Origin: Camelus dromedarius
Lineage: Eukaryota
Direction of reading: 5' to 3'
Length of the DNA stretch: 64,000 bases
Assembly: GCF_036321535.1 (NCBI RefSeq)
Contig: NC_087447.1
Span: 40,054,001 to 40,118,000, forward strand
Shown piece by piece: positions 60,293 to 64,000 of this stretch (the stretch's first letter is position 1; each line of letters opens with the position of its first letter). The notes beneath the pieces were generated by a model, which was not told where the DNA came from, searched no databases, and saw only the letters and a program-made list of their open reading frames with translations. The translations under genes and the position numbers were made by a program.

Positions 60293-61409
60293 CAAGACAG
60301 GCAGCCTGAGCCCCAGTTCCCTCTTGGCCGCTGACTAGCTGGGCGACACCCTCCTCTGGTCACAGGAGGACAGATGTCCTTTCTCCTTCCTAAGGTTGAC
60401 ACCTCACCGGAACTTGGCCTCCCCTACCCCACCCCCTGCCCCCACCGCAAGGGTCATTATCTCCTCTTCCCTGTGTCATTAATTTCTTTGTCTACTGGAT
60501 CTTTTCCATCAGTATTCACACACACTGAAGCCTCTCCCAGTTTAAGAAAACTATTTTTAATACCAGTTCCCACCCCACCCGCATCCTTCCCAGCCAGTCT
60601 TTTTGGAAGTTTGCTACACTCACGGACTCCACTTGTCCACCTCCCATCACTCACTCCTCAATCTCATAATCCCTGCTACGCCTCCACTACCCAACTGCCC
60701 CCAGCAAAGTCTCCAGAGGCCTTCTTGTTGCTAAATCCAATTCATCGGCTCTGGGGTCTCCCGGCAGCCTTTGTCCCCCAACCCCTCCCCGCCCCCGGGG
60801 ACGCTTTCTCTCCCTGCCTAGCCGGCTGCTCTATCTCAGCCGTCTGGTCTTCCCGGCAGCCCTTAAGTGCTGGGTTCTTCATGCTTCCATCTGGGCCCTC
60901 CATTTTTTCACCCCACACATTCTTTCCGGGAGATGTAATTGACCTCCTATTTACCATCTGTGAAGATAACTCAAGAAATTTTGATTTTTATGTGCAATGC
61001 CTCACATTTTAAAATATTGAACAGGACAACAAAACACGCCTACAGGCAGATGCAGCCAGGGAGCTGCCGGTCTGCACCCCCGGTGCACGTGCACGCTTGC
61101 TTGTCAGTGCCTGTGTGTGGCTACGGATGGAGAGGGGGGCTTTGGGGAAGCAGGTGTTATAACTGGATGCTTGACTATGTAGCAATAATAATAGCAGCAG
61201 CTTACTTTTACCGAGTACTTTTATCAAGGATTAAATGTTTAACATGTAATAAGTCTATTAAATTTCACACCTTTTAAGAAAAGTAGTATTAGCCCCATTT
61301 TGCTGCTGAGAAAACAGGTGCACAGAGAGGTTAAGACATCAAAGGATGGGGATCAGTCTCTGAGCAGAACAGACCACAGATGGACATCACGCACGTGGCC
61401 TTATTCTGG

Positions 61410-61895
61410 GAGTTCAGACTGGGATATTCCTCAGTTCTTCACTCTTCCCAGTAACAGAGTTGGGTTTTTTCCCTGTGGCCCTGCAGTCCTTCCCACTGGA
61501 GTAGGTGGGGTGCTTCCCTGCCCAGCTGACCCGAGTCTTGGCTGTGAGATTTGCTTTGACTAGTGGAAATTAGTGTGTGTGACGTAAGCAGTGGCTTTCA
61601 ATGACCTTGCTGCTTGGCTAATCCACTGGCTCTCCTGCTCACTGGCCCTGAGAACTCGTCCCAGATGGCCTCTGTCCCTTTGGTCTAGGTTCCTGATTGT
61701 GGGCATAAGGAACAGATCGGGAGTCAACCTATGGCCTGGCCAATCCCATGGGAGCCCAGGACACCCTTACATCTGTGGCCTGAACCAGAGCCACCCAGAC
61801 AATCCACAGACCCCTGAGCAAGAAAAATAATGCTACAAGCTACTAAGATTTGGGAGGCTTGTTACACAGAATTACTGTAGCAGAGACCTGGCTCT
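61410..61895 (+). mobile_element. Old MaLR LTR (MLT1G/H/J-like)
   Basis: ggctgtgagatttgctttgactagtggaa...aagctactaagatttgggaggcttgttacacag. Confidence 0.65.
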
Positions 61896-63109
61896 ATGCC
61901 TGGTTTGTATCTGGGTGCAGGCGTGCGCGCCTCTGAGCTGTGTGCACAGACACTTGTATAGTCAACAGAAGCTGTGAGCCCTCCTCCAACAGGCCTGTGC
62001 TGGGGATTTGTGGATAGATCATCCGTGGTCTGCCTTCAAGGGTCTCTGTCCCACAGGGGAAAGAAGGTCTGCTCACAAGTATCTGCTTTATTAGGTAGAC
62101 CACAAGGAGTGAGGCCAAGGTGGGGTGGAAGGGGAGGGAGATCTGACTTCCATGCACTAAAGACTCTGGGTCTTTATTTATGGGAGAGGCGGTGCTCCAG
62201 CGGGTGGGACCTCTGGGAGCCAGAGCAGAGTGGGCAATCTGCATGGGAATGGAAAATAAGTCCACGCAGCTGGAGGGCAGGAGGGTACCGGAAGGAAACC
62301 AGTGGGAAATGATTGCACTGACATCAAACCAAGAAGGGCCTTGAATGGCAAGGTGAAGGGTGGATTTCACTCCAGGAGCACCCAGGGAAGGACTGGAAGT
62401 GGGGGCTGGCATCATCATCCACCTCCTGAAAGGTCACTCTGGTTGCAGAGTGGGAGGTGGATGGGAGGACCTATAAGGAGAAGAGAGAGAGATCACTTAG
62501 GAGGCCGCTGTGATAGCCAGAGACCCAGTGACTAAGCATGTGTGGCAGTGGTGAAGTGGGAGAGGGGGTCGAGAGCGCCTGGCAGGGGCGCGGCTGCAGG
62601 CAGAGGAGGTGAGCTGTGCCAGACCCAGGGCCCCCGTACCTTAGGGACCAGCCCAAACCTGCAAGGAACACCCCAGGTCTGCTTTCCTCCTTCCCCCTCC
62701 TGGACGGTTTTGGCTTTGCCAGCAGTGCTGAGGGATGGAACAGGCTAAGGGCTCGGGCTGGCTCCCTGGGCTTCTGGAGGGGTGGACACATGGCTGACTG
62801 AGGATCCTCAGTGGAGGGGTTGGGGGTGGTGGGCACCTGGAAGTGGAGACTTCGTGGGAAAAAAGCAGGTGCTTCCTTTCATCCCCACCAGGCCCAGGCA
62901 AGAAGTCCCCCTCCTGTTGCCCCAAGGGTACAGCTGGGTCTCAGGTTCACTGCTGCCCCCAGAGGAAAATTTCTCCACTGAAGCTTCTACTTCCAGACAC
63001 TTCTTTTCATTCTCCTGAGGACTCCTGGCCACACGCACAGGTGAGCAGTGGTAGTTCTAGTGGTACTGGTACCAGTAACAGAAGTAATCTAAAGGCACTA
63101 ACTAAAGAA

Positions 63110-63300
63110 GCACTAGCTCATCACTCAGTGCCCACACACCTGTCGAGCAGCTTGCGCTCATCTTCTCTGACATCCCCATGACCTGAAAGGATGGTATGAT
63201 CACCTTCAGTGCACGCATGGGAGACCATGGAGTCGGAGAGTAGCTGAGCCAGGGCCATCCCGAGAGTGAGCTGGACCAGCCGCGGCTGGACACAGAACAC
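63110..63300 (-). mobile_element. Degenerate MIR SINE
   Basis: ggtatgatcacc...gagagtagctgagccagggccatccc...gagctggaccagccg aligns to the antisense MIR core. Confidence 0.55.
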
Positions 63301-64000
63301 CACGTCTGTGACCAACCCCAGGTAAAGGACTGCGGTGTGCTCACCTGTGCTGTCTCCCCCAGGCCCAGCTGCTCTCCTAGACTTTGCCTGAAGTTATCTG
63401 TGCTCAGAGGGAGAATTCAGGACCACAGTTGGGCCGGTGGCTGCCAAGGGAGGAGGTGCGTGGGAGTAGGGGGTGAGGACAATCCAGCCCCTCCCAGGGC
63501 AGCTGCCCCAGCCCTCCTGGAGGGAGGGAGGTCTGCTCAGAGCTGAGCATCTCAGTCTCAACCCATTGCTCTGGCCAGATACCTGCTCCCTGGTGAAAGA
63601 TGAGACTCCAGAGGTGAGCCAGGCAGTGTCTGGGGAAACTCCGTCCTCACACACCACCCCCAGCAGCCAAGTCCTGAGGTCCCTCCCAGCCAGGCCCCTG
63701 ATGCAGTGTCAAGGTGAGGACCCTTGCCTCGGTTCTGCTGGTGAACTTGCTCCCGTTTTCTCCCCAAATCTGCAGACTCTCCACCAGAACCTAAGAAGAC
63801 AACAAAGCAATACGTTCTCCTGTGTCCTGTTATAAAACCCATTTTACAGATTAGGAACTTGAAGCTCAGAGGCATTCTCTCTTTTGTCTGAGGTCACACA
63901 GCTCCTACCTGCCAGAGACACTTTTGGCTCTAGATTTAGAAAAGCTCCCTCTGCTCTCTTGCCCACTGTTCTCTCTGAAGAAAAAAGTTTTAAAAAAGCA

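Noticed and set aside
60374..61012. 212-aa plus-strand ORF
   Set aside because: Pyrimidine-rich L2-like sequence giving a low-complexity Pro/Ser/Leu translation.
63102..63344. ORFs 63102-63344 and 63121-63315 as a possible upstream MICAL2 exon
   Set aside because: They overlap a degenerate MIR and do not resemble the MICAL2 LIM-adjacent sequence.

Overview
Mammalian nuclear DNA, almost certainly camelid (Camelus/Vicugna/Lama): it has four tRNA-Ala-derived Vic-1-type SINEs and young L1 3'UTR fragments. The window holds the 3' part of MICAL2 (the MICALCL/Ebitein portion) on the minus strand. I resolved nine coding exons: 58753-58573, 56642-56461, 51232-51158, 46572-46418, 44894-43547, 26962-26847, 22210-22118, 19366-19273 and 2059-1960. 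All have GT-AG boundaries and compatible phases, and they join into one open frame of 2344 nt (~780 aa) that ends inside the C-terminal bMERB/DUF3585 Rab-binding coiled coil. The upstream MICAL2 exons and the last exon(s) lie outside the window. The rest is intron dense in TEs (L1, L2, CR1/L3, MIR, MaLR/ERV LTRs, hAT and Tigger MITEs) and microsatellites. Nearly all other ORFs in the track are spurious. I see no convincing evidence of a wholly new biological system. The best leads are a triple-nested L1 insertion that reuses one target site and appears to carry a transduced mitochondrial-16S-like fragment, a perfect splice donor only 56 nt before the giant exon, and candidate CTCF, AP-1 and homeodomain regulatory elements. 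Family names and human comparisons come from recall, not from a search.
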